Positions 1-8,990 of a DNA stretch of 64,000 nucleotides are shown here, piece after piece (positions within the stretch are counted from its first letter, which is position 1; each line of letters opens with the position of its first letter). The notes below the pieces were generated by a model that was not told the DNA's origin, did not search any database, and saw nothing but the letters and a program-made list of their open reading frames with translations. Position numbers and translations under genes: made by a program. The stretch is from NCBI GenBank assembly GCA_012842935.1, contig DUSC01000145.1, positions 225 through 64,224 on the forward strand. The letters run 5' to 3'. This stretch comes from Hyphomicrobiales bacterium (GTDB taxonomy: Bacteria; Pseudomonadota; Alphaproteobacteria; Rhizobiales; Rhizobiaceae).

Positions 1-1157
1 GAACGCGGGCGCACGTCGCAGGCGCCGATGGTGAATCCGTGTCCCTCCGGCGGCGCGCGCTCGTGGTCGGGCACGAAGACGGGGAAGGAATGGATCTGGA
101 GGTCGGCACGGCCGTCGCCATCGCTGTCGGCGAACAGGCACGCCTCCGCCACGTTCGACGTCAGCAGCCCGCGGCGGAACAGCATCCATTCCAGGCCGTT
201 GCGCAGGGCGGTGAGACCCTTGTCCTGGCCGGTCAGGCTGATCGGGCGTCTCGTGCGATAATAGTTCAGCACCTGGAGGTGGTCCTGGTAGTTACGGCCG
301 ACGCCGGGCAGGTCGAGCACGACCTCCACCCCGCTTTCCCGAAGATGCGCGGCCGGCCCGACGCCCGACTGCATCAGGATTTTCGGACTCCCCAGCGTGC
401 CGGCACAGAGGAGAACGGCGCGAGCGGCACGGGCACTTCGTACTTGTCCGTGCCGCCGCCAAGTAACGCCAGCGGCCCTGCGGCCCTCGAAGACGATGCG
501 CGCGACTTCCGCCTCGATCTCCAACAAGATATTGCCGCGCGCCAGGGCCGGGCGCAGATACGCGGCGGCAGTACTGGCGCGCTCGCCATTCTTCTGGGTC
601 ACCTGGAAATAGCCCACGCCGAGCTGGGAAGCGCCGTTGAAATCATGGTTGAAAGCGTAGCCGCACTGCTGGGCGGCGAGCACAAATGCAGCGTTGAGCG
701 GATGGCGGTAGGGCACATCGACGACCGACAACGGGCCGTCGGTTCCATGATACCTGTCCGCGAGCCGCTCGTTGCATTCGGCCTTGCGGAAGTAGGGCAG
801 CACTTCCGCATAGCTCCAGCCGGCGCAGCCGGCGGCTACCCAGTCGTCGTAGTCCTTCGCGTCGCCGCGGATGTAGATCATGCCGTTGATCGAACTCGAG
901 CCGCCCGGCATACGCCCCTGCGGCACATGGATCCGGCGGCCGGCGGCGGCGGGCTCGGGTTCGGATGCATAGGGCCAGACGCGTTCGGTGCCGAACAGCC
1001 CGACGAAAGCGCCGGGCGCACGGCTGTGGATCACGCGCTCGTCCGGCCCTGCCTCCAGCACGAGGATGCGCGACCCCGGATCTTCCGAGAGCCGACTGGC
1101 GACGACCGAGCCGGCCGAGCCGGCGCCGATGACGATGTAGTCGAAGGTTGGGTCCAT
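1..1157 (-). CDS. GMC (choline dehydrogenase-like) FAD oxidoreductase, 3' end outside window
   Basis: Not in the ORF track (runs off the edge). Manual translation from ATG at 1157: MDPTFDYIVIGAGSAGSVVASRLSE (GxGxxG), GRMPGGSSSINGMIYIRG, LMQSGVG, PGVGRNYQDH, all GMC signatures. Confidence 0.93.
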   Translation of the reverse strand, partial: MDPTFDYIVIGAGSAGSVVASRLSEDPGSRILVLEAGPDERVIHSRAPGAFVGLFGTERVWPYASEPEPAAAGRRIHVPQGRMPGGSSSINGMIYIRGDAKDYDDWVAAGCAGWSYAEVLPYFRKAECNERLADRYHGTDGPLSVVDVPYRHPLNAAFVLAAQQCGYAFNHDFNGASQLGVGYFQVTQKNGERASTAAAYLRPALARGNILLEIEAEVARIVFEGRRAAGVTWRRHGQVRSARAARAVLLCAGTLGSPKILMQSGVGPAAHLRESGVEVVLDLPGVGRNYQDHLQVLNYYRTRRPISLTGQDKGLTALRNGLEWMLFRRGLLTSNVAEACLFADSDGDGRADLQIHSFPVFVPDHERAPPEGHGFTIGACDVRPR

Positions 1158-1168
1158 CGCGCCGGGGC

Positions 1169-1777
1169 TCAGTTGCAGACACCGCCGTCGACCAAAAGCG
1201 CCTGCGCGGTGACGTAGGCGGACTCGTCCGACAGCAGGTAGACGTAGAGGGGCGCCACCTCGTCGGGCACCGCCTGGCGGCCGAGCGGCACCATGCGCTC
1301 GACGATGCGCGCCTGCTCCTCGCGGCCACCCATGAAGGCGATTGCCGGACTGTTGAACGGGGTGTCGATGAAACCGGGGCAGACAGAATTGACGCGGATG
1401 GGGTCGCGAGCGAGTTCGAGCGCGGCCGCCGTGGAGAAGGCAATCACCGCGCCTTTCGAAGCGGCGTAGGCGGCGATACCCGGGCCCCCGCGCTTGCCGG
1501 CGAGAGAAGACGTGTTGACGATCGAGCCGCCGCCGGCGGCGCGAAGGTGCGGGATGGCCTCGCGCGTCGCCAGGAAGACGCCGCGCGTATTGACCGCCAT
1601 CAGGCTGTCCCAGTCGTCGACCGTGATCGCCTCCAGCGCGCCGGCGCGCTGCAGTCCGGCATTGTTGACGAGGCCGTCGAGCCCGCCGAGGCGGTCCGCG
1701 GCGGCGGCGACCGCCCTGCTGATGCCGGTGGCGGCTCCGACGACGAGCAACCTCTTGTCCTTCAGTCGCGACGTCAT
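1169..1777 (-). CDS. Short-chain dehydrogenase/reductase with apparent in-frame deletion in the Rossmann fold (possible pseudogene)
   Basis: GAATGIS, NNAG, YAASK, RVNSVCPG, VDGG present; only 24 aa from the first Gly of the Gly motif to NNAG versus 76 in the SDR at 44332-45117. ATGA overlap with upstream gene. Confidence 0.85.
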   Translation of the reverse strand: MTSRLKDKRLLVVGAATGISRAVAAAADRLGGLDGLVNNAGLQRAGALEAITVDDWDSLMAVNTRGVFLATREAIPHLRAAGGGSIVNTSSLAGKRGGPGIAAYAASKGAVIAFSTAAALELARDPIRVNSVCPGFIDTPFNSPAIAFMGGREEQARIVERMVPLGRQAVPDEVAPLYVYLLSDESAYVTAQALLVDGGVCN

Positions 1778-2781
1778 GATATGGTCCTGGACTTCTTTGC
1801 CGCGGCTTCGAGTCCGCTCGCATGGCGAGCGCCCAGAAGGTCGACGCCGGACTTCGACTTAACGACTCCCCAGATGCCCCTCGGAGAGATCAGCATCACC
1901 AGCACGGCGGCGGAGCCGAGCAGCATCAGGTAGAGGTTCCCGGTGCCGGCGAACCAGGCGCGGAAAAGGAAATAGATCGCGGTGCCGATGATCGGCCCCT
2001 CGACGGTGCCGACCCCGCCGATGATGACGATGAAAAGCATCACCACCATCCAGTTCGGGTCGAATGCGCCGCCCGGCTCCACATGGAAGACGGACATGTA
2101 GTAGACGGCGCCTGCCGCTCCGGTGAAGCCGGAGCCGAGCACGAAGCCGAAGAAGCGGGTCCACCAGACGTTGATACCGATGGCGCTGGCCGTGCCCTCG
2201 TTGTCGCGCACCGCGGCGAGCGCCAGGCCGAGCCGGGAGATCGACAGGTAGTAGAGGCCGAAGACTGAAATCAGCGCCAGCGCGCCGGCGTAGTAGAAAC
2301 TCGACGTCGCGACCAGCGAGCGCTCCATCTCACGTGTCGCCACCAGCGGCAGGCCGCTGACCGAACCGAGTGCGTCGCGCTGCGAGATGAAAAGGCGCAC
2401 GATCTCGGCAACGACCCAGATGCTGATGGCGAGATAGGCGTCGCGCAGGCGGAACACGAAGGGCGAGATGGCCGCCGCGAAGAGCGCGCTGAAAACGAAG
2501 GACAGCGGCAGGATCAGGAACGGATTCGCGCCGGTCCAGTTCGAGGCGAGGAACAGGAAATAGGCGCCCAGCCCGATGAAGAGCTGCTGGCCGAAGGACA
2601 TGATGCCGACATAGCCGGCGAGGAAGTTCCACCCCTGAGCGAAGGCGAAGACCGCAAAGATCTCGATCATCAGCCGCATGTTGCCTTCGGCGACGAACCA
2701 GGGCGTGGCGATGACGAGGCCCGTGGCGAAGGCGGCGGCGATGCCGACGAGCGTCGGGCGCATGGAGGCGAGACCGGTCAT
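1774..2781 (-). CDS. Branched-chain-amino-acid-type ABC permease (LivM-like)
   Basis: Hydrophobic; WNFLAGYVGIMSFGQ, RLRDAYLAI, AVRDNE..A..IGIN, IIGGVGTVEGPIIG. Confidence 0.93.
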   Translation of the reverse strand: MTGLASMRPTLVGIAAAFATGLVIATPWFVAEGNMRLMIEIFAVFAFAQGWNFLAGYVGIMSFGQQLFIGLGAYFLFLASNWTGANPFLILPLSFVFSALFAAAISPFVFRLRDAYLAISIWVVAEIVRLFISQRDALGSVSGLPLVATREMERSLVATSSFYYAGALALISVFGLYYLSISRLGLALAAVRDNEGTASAIGINVWWTRFFGFVLGSGFTGAAGAVYYMSVFHVEPGGAFDPNWMVVMLFIVIIGGVGTVEGPIIGTAIYFLFRAWFAGTGNLYLMLLGSAAVLVMLISPRGIWGVVKSKSGVDLLGARHASGLEAAAKKSRTIS

Positions 2782-3641
2782 CGGCGGAAGGCTCCGGCCA
2801 GCCCGTTGGGCGCCATGATGAGGATCAGGATGAAGACGATGTGGCCGTACATCAGCCCCGACGCCGGATCGAGCTTCAGTGCGACGAGCTGGGTCACGCC
2901 GAGGACCATGCCGCCGAGGAACATGCCCCAGAACGACCCCAGCCCGCCGATGACCACCACCTCGAAGGCAATGAGCAGCCGGTCGGCGCCGGAATAGGGC
3001 GTGAACGAACCGCGCATGGCGAGCAGGATACCGGCGACTGCGGAGAGCGCCATCGCAAGCCCCATCGCCACCGCATAGATCGATCGGAAGTCGACGCCGG
3101 AAAGCTGGACGATGCGATAGTCATCCGCGGTGGCGCGGATCAGCCGGCCCATGTTCGATTTCCTCAGCCACAAGTGCAGCGTGGCGAACAGGAAGAGCGC
3201 GATGGCGAGGATCAGGGCCGGCAAGACCCCGAGCTTCAGTCCGACGAAATCGAAGCCCATGAAGCGCAGGTCGCCGACATTGATCGAGCGGGTGTTGGCG
3301 CCGAACAGTTCGACCATGCCGTTGCGGAGTACGATCGCCAGGCCGAAGGTGAGCAGGATCTGCGGGATCTGGTCGTGGCCGAGCACGCGATTGATCAGGA
3401 GCCATTGCAACAGCATGCCCAGCCCGAAGGCGAGGACCGCCACGGGCACGATGACGAGCAACGGGTGGACCGGCGTCCAGGGCAGGAGAAATACACCGAG
3501 GAACGCGGCGGCGACGATGAAGTCGCCCTGCGCGACGTTGACGATGCGCATGACGCCGAAGGCAAAGCCGAGACCCAGCCCGACCAGGGCGTAGAGCCCG
3601 CCGAGCAGCAGTCCGTTGACGATCGTCTCGACCCAGATCAT
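2778..3641 (-). CDS. Branched-chain-amino-acid-type ABC permease (LivH-like)
   Basis: Start reassigned to ATG 3641 (ATGA overlap). NGLLLGGLYALVGLGL..FGVMRIVNVAQG, IRATADD, VVIGGLGS. Confidence 0.93.
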   Translation of the reverse strand: MIWVETIVNGLLLGGLYALVGLGLGFAFGVMRIVNVAQGDFIVAAAFLGVFLLPWTPVHPLLVIVPVAVLAFGLGMLLQWLLINRVLGHDQIPQILLTFGLAIVLRNGMVELFGANTRSINVGDLRFMGFDFVGLKLGVLPALILAIALFLFATLHLWLRKSNMGRLIRATADDYRIVQLSGVDFRSIYAVAMGLAMALSAVAGILLAMRGSFTPYSGADRLLIAFEVVVIGGLGSFWGMFLGGMVLGVTQLVALKLDPASGLMYGHIVFILILIMAPNGLAGAFRR

Positions 3642-4345
3642 GCGTGATCCAATCCGAAGTAGGCCGCGGTGATCGCCTCCATGGAGAGGTCTGCGGTCGG
3701 CCCTTCGAGGCTCACCTTTCCCTCCAGCATGCAGTAGGCATATTGCGCGGCGGCGCAGGCCTGGCCGACGTTCTGTTCGATGACGACGATGGATACGCCG
3801 CTCGTCGCGATTTCCTCGAAGCAACGGTAGATGTCGGAAATCACCTTTGGCGCGAGGCCGAGCGAGAGCTCGTCGCAAAGCAGGATTCGTGGATTGGTCA
3901 TCAGGGCGCGCCCGATCGCGACCATCTGCTGCTGGCCGCCGGAAAGGCTGGCAGCGGGCATGTGCCGCAATTCGCCGATGCGCGGGAAAAGTCGGTAGAC
4001 TTCGTCGAGTGTCCAAGGGCCGTTGCGCCCGGCCGCGGCGCCCACTTTCAGGTTGTCCTCGACGCTGAGCGTCCCGAACAGCCGCCGGCCCTCCGGCACC
4101 AACGTCATGCCGGCGCGCGCGATCGTGTGCGCGCGGTCGAATGTCACGTCGGCTCCGGCGAAGCTCACCTTGCCGCGCTTCTGCGCATGCAGGCCGACAA
4201 TCGCGTTGAGAAGCGTCGACTTGCCGGCACCGTTTGCGCCGATGATGGCGACGGTGCGCCCTTCCTCGACCTTCAGGCTCACGCCGCGCACCGCCTGGAA
4301 GTCGCCGTAAAAAACGTCGAGGCTTTCAACCGCGAGGAGCGACAT
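3638..4345 (-). CDS. ABC ATPase (LivF-like)
   Basis: Walker A GANGAGKS, VPEGRRLF, LSGGQQQM, LLCDELSLGLAP, IEQN. Confidence 0.95.
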   Translation of the reverse strand: MSLLAVESLDVFYGDFQAVRGVSLKVEEGRTVAIIGANGAGKSTLLNAIVGLHAQKRGKVSFAGADVTFDRAHTIARAGMTLVPEGRRLFGTLSVEDNLKVGAAAGRNGPWTLDEVYRLFPRIGELRHMPAASLSGGQQQMVAIGRALMTNPRILLCDELSLGLAPKVISDIYRCFEEIATSGVSIVVIEQNVGQACAAAQYAYCMLEGKVSLEGPTADLSMEAITAAYFGLDHA

Positions 4346-5081
4346 CGAGAACCGTCCCCATATAGACTTCCAGCACGGCCGGGTGCGCCATCACCTCTGC
4401 CGGCGTACCTTCGGCGATCCTGCTGCCGAAATTGATCGCCAGGATGCGATCGGCGACGGCCGAGAGCGCGTGGGTGACATGTTCGATCCAGACAATCGCG
4501 AGGTCGGGCTTCAGCGCGCCGATGAGAGCGACGAGCTGGACGACCTCCGCCTCGGTCAATCCGCCCGCGATCTCGTCGAGCAGAAGAACCCGCGGCTTCA
4601 GCGCCATCGCGCGGGCCAGTTCCAGACGCTTGCGATCGAGCAGGGGAAGCGAGCCCGCCGGTACGTCGGCACGCGCCGCGAGGCCGGTCCGAACCAGGAC
4701 CGACCTCGCGACCTCTGCCTCCTCGCCGCGACTGCGCCTCGAGAACGTGGCCGCCGCAAGCACGTTCTCGAAGGCGGTGAGCAGGCCGAAGGGCTGCGGC
4801 ACCTGATAGGTGCGCCCGAGCCCCAACAGCGTGCGCGCATGCTGGGAGGTCTCCGTGATGTCGCGCCCGTCGAGGAAGATTCGTCCCGCGTGCGGCCTGA
4901 TCGCGCCGGCGAGCATGTTGAACACGGAAGTCTTGCCGGCGCCGTTCGGCCCGATGATGCCGAGGCATTCTCCGGATCCGACGGCGAACGACAGGTCGTC
5001 TGCGACGGTTATCGCGCCGAAGCGTCTGGTCAGGCCCTCGACGGAAACAACTGGTGCCAACGGCGATGTCCTCGAAAGCAA
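4326..5081 (-). CDS. ABC ATPase (LivG-like)
   Basis: GPNGAGKT, RTYQVPQPF, LLLDEIAGGL, WIEH. Start codon (TTG) uncertain. Confidence 0.93.
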   Translation of the reverse strand: MLSRTSPLAPVVSVEGLTRRFGAITVADDLSFAVGSGECLGIIGPNGAGKTSVFNMLAGAIRPHAGRIFLDGRDITETSQHARTLLGLGRTYQVPQPFGLLTAFENVLAAATFSRRSRGEEAEVARSVLVRTGLAARADVPAGSLPLLDRKRLELARAMALKPRVLLLDEIAGGLTEAEVVQLVALIGALKPDLAIVWIEHVTHALSAVADRILAINFGSRIAEGTPAEVMAHPAVLEVYMGTVLDVAPRG

Positions 5082-5084
5082 CGG

Positions 5085-5113
5085 GACGGTCCGGGCGGAT
5101 AGCCCGGACCGTC
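5085..5113. terminator. Stem-loop downstream of SBP gene (mRNA stabiliser or partial terminator)
   Basis: GACGGTCCGGGC-ggata-GCCCGGACCGTC, perfect 12-bp stem. Confidence 0.6.
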
Positions 5114-5129
5114 ATGCGGAACGCCAGGT

Positions 5130-6422
5130 TCAGGAGAAGTTGGACAGCGGCATGAATTCCTTCTGGATCGGCACGTGTGGCGCCGTCACGTTGTTGGTGA
5201 CGAACAGCTCGTACGGGAACTTCGAGCCCTCCTTGGCGCGATGCCACTGACCCATCGTCACCCAGGTATTGGCGACCGACTTCATCTTGGAGTTCTTGAA
5301 GTCGACCTTGCCGACCATCGTGTCGAGGTCGAGCCCGGCGATGGCGTCGCGGACGGCGGCGCGGTTCTTCGGGTCGCCCGACGCCTTGAGGGCGGCGAGA
5401 CCCACTTCCCACACCGCGTGGTGGTAACCCATCGGCTGCGCCCACTGCTTGCCGGTCGATTGCTCGTAGGCGGCGCAGAAGTCGTGGGCCGACTGTCCGG
5501 TCAGGCTCGACTTGAACGGCAGTTCGTTGTTGAACCATATCTCGGTAGACATGCCGGCGCCCTGATCGCCGAGCACTTCGACGCCTGCCGGGAAGACGAA
5601 TGCGGCAGCGATGGTGGCCGCCTCGAGCGAGAGCCCGGCCTGCTTGGCCTGACCCCAGAAGGTGGCGAAGTGCTGCGGGAAGACGAGACCGGTGACGATC
5701 CTGGCGCCGCCGTCGCGGAAGGCCGCGACCTGGTTGGAGAAGTCGTCGACCTGTTCCTTGAACAACCCGCCCTGGACTTCCTTGAAGCCGTTGGCGGCGA
5801 GTTCGGCGGTCATGCCGCCGGAGAAGCCGCGGCCAAAGTCGTTGTCTTCGTAGAACGTGCCGACCACCGGTTCGATGCCCGAGGCCTTCCACATGCCGAT
5901 GTAGTTCTTGATGATGTCGGCGCCGCTCCAGAAGAACAGGAAGCTCCACGGATAGCCCTTGTCCGGGCCCGATCCGCGCGACGCGTAGAAGGGCTCCCAC
6001 TGCAGGATGGTCGAGACGGCGGGCGTGCCGTTCTGGTCGCAGATCTCGAGCGCCGGCGCCGCCAACCCGTCGGCGACGAGCAGCAGGTCGACGTTCTCGC
6101 GCAGGACCAGTTCGTTGCCGAGGCTGCCCATGCGGTTGACGTCCGACTGGCTGTCACGGACTAGGATCTCGACGGCCCATTTCTTGCCGCCGATTTCGAT
6201 GCCGTCCTTCAGATGGTTCTGGATCTGCTCGACCACCCAGGGCGCGGTCTCGCCGAAGTTCGCGCGGATGCCGGTGATCTGGTCGATGTAGCCGATGCGG
6301 ATCGTGTCTTCCGCGGCGCGCACGATGTTCGGAAAGCCGAAAACGGCGGCGGAGGCGCTCGCAGCTGCGCCCTTGATGATCTGACGGCGATTGGCCCTTG
6401 GCCAGGTGAAGTGCGTGCTCAT
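5130..6422 (-). CDS. ABC substrate-binding protein (LivJ/type 1 PBP), Tat-exported
   Basis: Twin-arginine signal NRRQIIK..AxA; TIRIGYI, RDSQSD, DNDFG; heads the liv-type operon. Confidence 0.92.
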   Translation of the reverse strand: MSTHFTWPRANRRQIIKGAAASASAAVFGFPNIVRAAEDTIRIGYIDQITGIRANFGETAPWVVEQIQNHLKDGIEIGGKKWAVEILVRDSQSDVNRMGSLGNELVLRENVDLLLVADGLAAPALEICDQNGTPAVSTILQWEPFYASRGSGPDKGYPWSFLFFWSGADIIKNYIGMWKASGIEPVVGTFYEDNDFGRGFSGGMTAELAANGFKEVQGGLFKEQVDDFSNQVAAFRDGGARIVTGLVFPQHFATFWGQAKQAGLSLEAATIAAAFVFPAGVEVLGDQGAGMSTEIWFNNELPFKSSLTGQSAHDFCAAYEQSTGKQWAQPMGYHHAVWEVGLAALKASGDPKNRAAVRDAIAGLDLDTMVGKVDFKNSKMKSVANTWVTMGQWHRAKEGSKFPYELFVTNNVTAPHVPIQKEFMPLSNFS

Positions 6423-6449
6423 GGTTCCTCCCCGTGAAAGCTAAGCCAG

Positions 6450-6464
6450 TATTGTATGACAATA
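6450..6464. promoter_or_regulatory. Putative GntR/FCD operator
   Basis: Perfect palindrome TATTGT-ATG-ACAATA upstream of SBP; a minus-strand TTGACA lies at 6472-6477. Confidence 0.75.
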
Positions 6465-6495
6465 TTCCGTCTGTCAATAGGACGGTCTGCCGCTA

Positions 6496-7677
6496 TCAGG
6501 AGCGGAGGCGAGCCCGGAGCGATTTCGTTTCCGTCACCGCGTTGGTCACCGTCCGGGACCATTTTCCGGACAGTCCGGCCCCGGGAAATCGCCCCGACAG
6601 CGCCGCGACGACCTCGTGGATTTCGCTGCGCGCCATGACCTGCCCGAGGCAACTGTAAGGCCCGCCGCCGAACTGCAGCGCGCGTTTCGTGCCTCGGTCG
6701 AAGTGGAAGGCGTCGGGATCGTCGAACTGCTCCGGGTCGCGATTGGCGGAGCGGATCGAGACGTAGACCCAGCTGTCCGCCGACACCGGGATGTCGCCCA
6801 GCATCGTCGCGGCCGGGGCGTGGCGGAAGATCGTGCCGAAGCGCGGATTGAGCCGCATCGCCTCCTCGACGCCTGCTGGGACCGACGCGGGATCCACGCA
6901 GATTGCCCGCCACCGCCCGGGCTCCTCCAGCAAGGTGCCGAGCACCAGCCCGATCTGGTGAACGGTGTTGTCGATGCTGGCCTGGAGCAAGGCGATGCCC
7001 TCGAAGACCAGCTCCTCCTCGCTCTGCTTCCCCTCCATCTGCTGGCGGATCATGATCGAGGTGAAGTCGTCGCCGAGACCCGTGCGGCGCCGCTCCTCAA
7101 GATGACGCGCGACGAAGTCGTAGGTCGCCTTGAAGGCGTCGACCGATTCCTGCCGCCGGGTGCGGTCGCATGTGAGGATCGGGGCGAGCGTCGCGTCGGA
7201 CAGATGCGCCGCAAAGTCCGCCTGGTCGCGCGGCGCCGAGACCAAGTGGCAGTAGACGCGCGACGGGATCTTCCAGGCGAGATCCGCCATGAGATCGGCG
7301 TCGCCGGGGTCCTCGATCTCGTCGAGCGCTTCCTCGACGATCCGCCTGATCTCGTTCCGCAGTCGGGCGAGATGGGGACCGCGCAGCAATCCGGTGAACG
7401 GGACGCGCAGATGACGCCGCCTTTCGCCTTCGGACGTGACCAGCATGCGCTCCCACACCGCGCGGGCTTCGCCGTCGACGATGCCGATGTCGTCGAGACG
7501 GCGCTGAAAGGAGGCACCCTTCTCGAGGTCCTTGTGTTCGAGAACCTCGACCGCCGGGCGATAGCGGAGAACTTCGAGACCGCGGAGGCTGCGGACCGCC
7601 GCAGACCGCTCGCGCAGCGCCGCGAGTTGCGCCGGCTCCTCGCCGATCTCCGGGACCCATGGAATCGGATTTGTCAA
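6496..7677 (-). CDS. Cytochrome P450
   Basis: Heme motif FGGGPYSCLG, ExxR (EEAMR), ANRDPEQF..PDAF, I-helix ASIDNT; TTG start with GGAGG RBS. Confidence 0.95.
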   Translation of the reverse strand: MTNPIPWVPEIGEEPAQLAALRERSAAVRSLRGLEVLRYRPAVEVLEHKDLEKGASFQRRLDDIGIVDGEARAVWERMLVTSEGERRRHLRVPFTGLLRGPHLARLRNEIRRIVEEALDEIEDPGDADLMADLAWKIPSRVYCHLVSAPRDQADFAAHLSDATLAPILTCDRTRRQESVDAFKATYDFVARHLEERRRTGLGDDFTSIMIRQQMEGKQSEEELVFEGIALLQASIDNTVHQIGLVLGTLLEEPGRWRAICVDPASVPAGVEEAMRLNPRFGTIFRHAPAATMLGDIPVSADSWVYVSIRSANRDPEQFDDPDAFHFDRGTKRALQFGGGPYSCLGQVMARSEIHEVVAALSGRFPGAGLSGKWSRTVTNAVTETKSLRARLRS

Positions 7678-7725
7678 CGAACGTCCTCCCGCTCGCGACG
7701 GCGCGCTAGATCCGTCGCCGCGACG

Positions 7726-8127
7726 TCAGTCGAACGCCTTCATCTCCGTCAGCACTTCGTTCGCCGCCTTGAATGCGTCGAGACCTGCCGGAATGCCGCA
7801 ATAGACCGTGGCGTGGAGCAGGACCTCCTTGATTTCCTCGACGGTAACGCCGTTGTTGACGGCGCCGCGCACATGGAGCTTGATTTCCGCCGCTCGGTTG
7901 AGCGCGGTCAGCATGGCGAGGTTCAACATGCTTCGGGTCTTGAGATCGAGCGTATTGCGCCCCCACGCATAGCCCCAGCACCATTCGGTGGTGATGTGCT
8001 GGAAGGCCATCATGAAGTCGTTTGCCGCGTTCATCGAACGGTCGACGTATTCGTGGCCGAGCACCTTGCGGCGCAGCGCGAGCCCTTCCGAAAAAAGGTC
8101 TCCGATCGTCTTGTCCTGCGTCGTCAT
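7726..8127 (-). CDS. Carboxymuconolactone decarboxylase (CMD/PcaC) family protein
   Basis: GLALRRKVLG..YVD, EWCWG..WGR, EIKLHVRGAVNNG, EVLLHATVYCGIPAG. ATG 8127 has a GAGG RBS. Confidence 0.92.
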   Translation of the reverse strand: MTTQDKTIGDLFSEGLALRRKVLGHEYVDRSMNAANDFMMAFQHITTEWCWGYAWGRNTLDLKTRSMLNLAMLTALNRAAEIKLHVRGAVNNGVTVEEIKEVLLHATVYCGIPAGLDAFKAANEVLTEMKAFD

Positions 8128-8143
8128 AACGGGCCTCTTGTTC

Positions 8144-8156
8144 TTTGACATACAAA
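8144..8156. promoter_or_regulatory. Putative GntR/FCD operator in divergent CMD/gntR promoter
   Basis: TTTGACATACAAA, reverse complement TTTGT-ATG-TCAAA, matching the 6450 motif with one core mismatch. Confidence 0.65.
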
Positions 8157-8255
8157 ATTACAGTATGGCGAGGTACGGATTCGCCTGGTTGCAGGCGTCG
8201 CACGGCTCCAGGGGAGCCGATGGATACGGTCGGGTCCGCAGACGGGAGCACAGGG

Positions 8256-8951
8256 ATGGCATTGACGACGAGCACCAGCGACGACAACTCGATGCGCGTG
8301 CAGACCCTTCCGGGCCTGCGCGAGCAGGTGGCGGAGCGGCTTCGCATGGCTATCGCCACGGGCAGGTTTCCGGCTGGCGCCCGCCTCATCGAGCGCGAGC
8401 TCTGCGAGATGATGGGCGTGTCGCGCACCTCGCTGCGCGAGGCGCTGCGCGAACTGCAGGCCGACGGGCTGATCACCCTTCAACCGAACAAGGGCATGAG
8501 CGTCAGCGTCGTCACCGAAGAGACCGCGCGCTCGATCTACGAGGTCCGGGCAATGCTGGAAGGGCTCGCCGCGCGCCTGTTTGCCCGCCACGCCACGCCG
8601 GAACAGATGCGCGAACTTCGCCGCAGCGTCGACAAGCTGGCCGAGGTCTATGACAACTTTTCCCCCGAGGCGTTCATCGCGGCGAAGACGCATTTCTACG
8701 ACGTGCTGCTCGAGGGTGCCGGCAATCCGGTCGCCGCCGACATGCTGCGCCGAATCCACACGCGTGTTTCGCAATTGCGGGTCGTGTCGCTGTCCAGTGC
8801 CGAGCGCGCGCAGCAATCGATCCGCGAACTGCGCGAATTCCTCGATGCGCTGGAGAAGCGGGACGAGGAACGTGCCTGGCAGGTATGCGTCGCCCATGTC
8901 GAGGCCGCAGCCAGGGCGGCTCTGAAGACGATCGGCGCCGTCAAGCGCTGA
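8256..8951 (+). CDS. GntR family transcriptional regulator (FCD domain)
   Basis: wHTH LREQVAERLR..GRFPAGARLIERELCEMMGVSRTSLREAL; FCD-like EVRAMLEG. ATG 8256 follows GGGAG. Confidence 0.95.
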   Translation: MALTTSTSDDNSMRVQTLPGLREQVAERLRMAIATGRFPAGARLIERELCEMMGVSRTSLREALRELQADGLITLQPNKGMSVSVVTEETARSIYEVRAMLEGLAARLFARHATPEQMRELRRSVDKLAEVYDNFSPEAFIAAKTHFYDVLLEGAGNPVAADMLRRIHTRVSQLRVVSLSSAERAQQSIRELREFLDALEKRDEERAWQVCVAHVEAAARAALKTIGAVKR

Positions 8952-8990
8952 TGCTGCAGATCGTGAGTGCGATGCGGTCCGCATGGCACC

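Noticed and set aside
39-1217. 392-aa plus-strand ORF
   Set aside because: Antisense shadow of the GMC oxidoreductase; no motifs.
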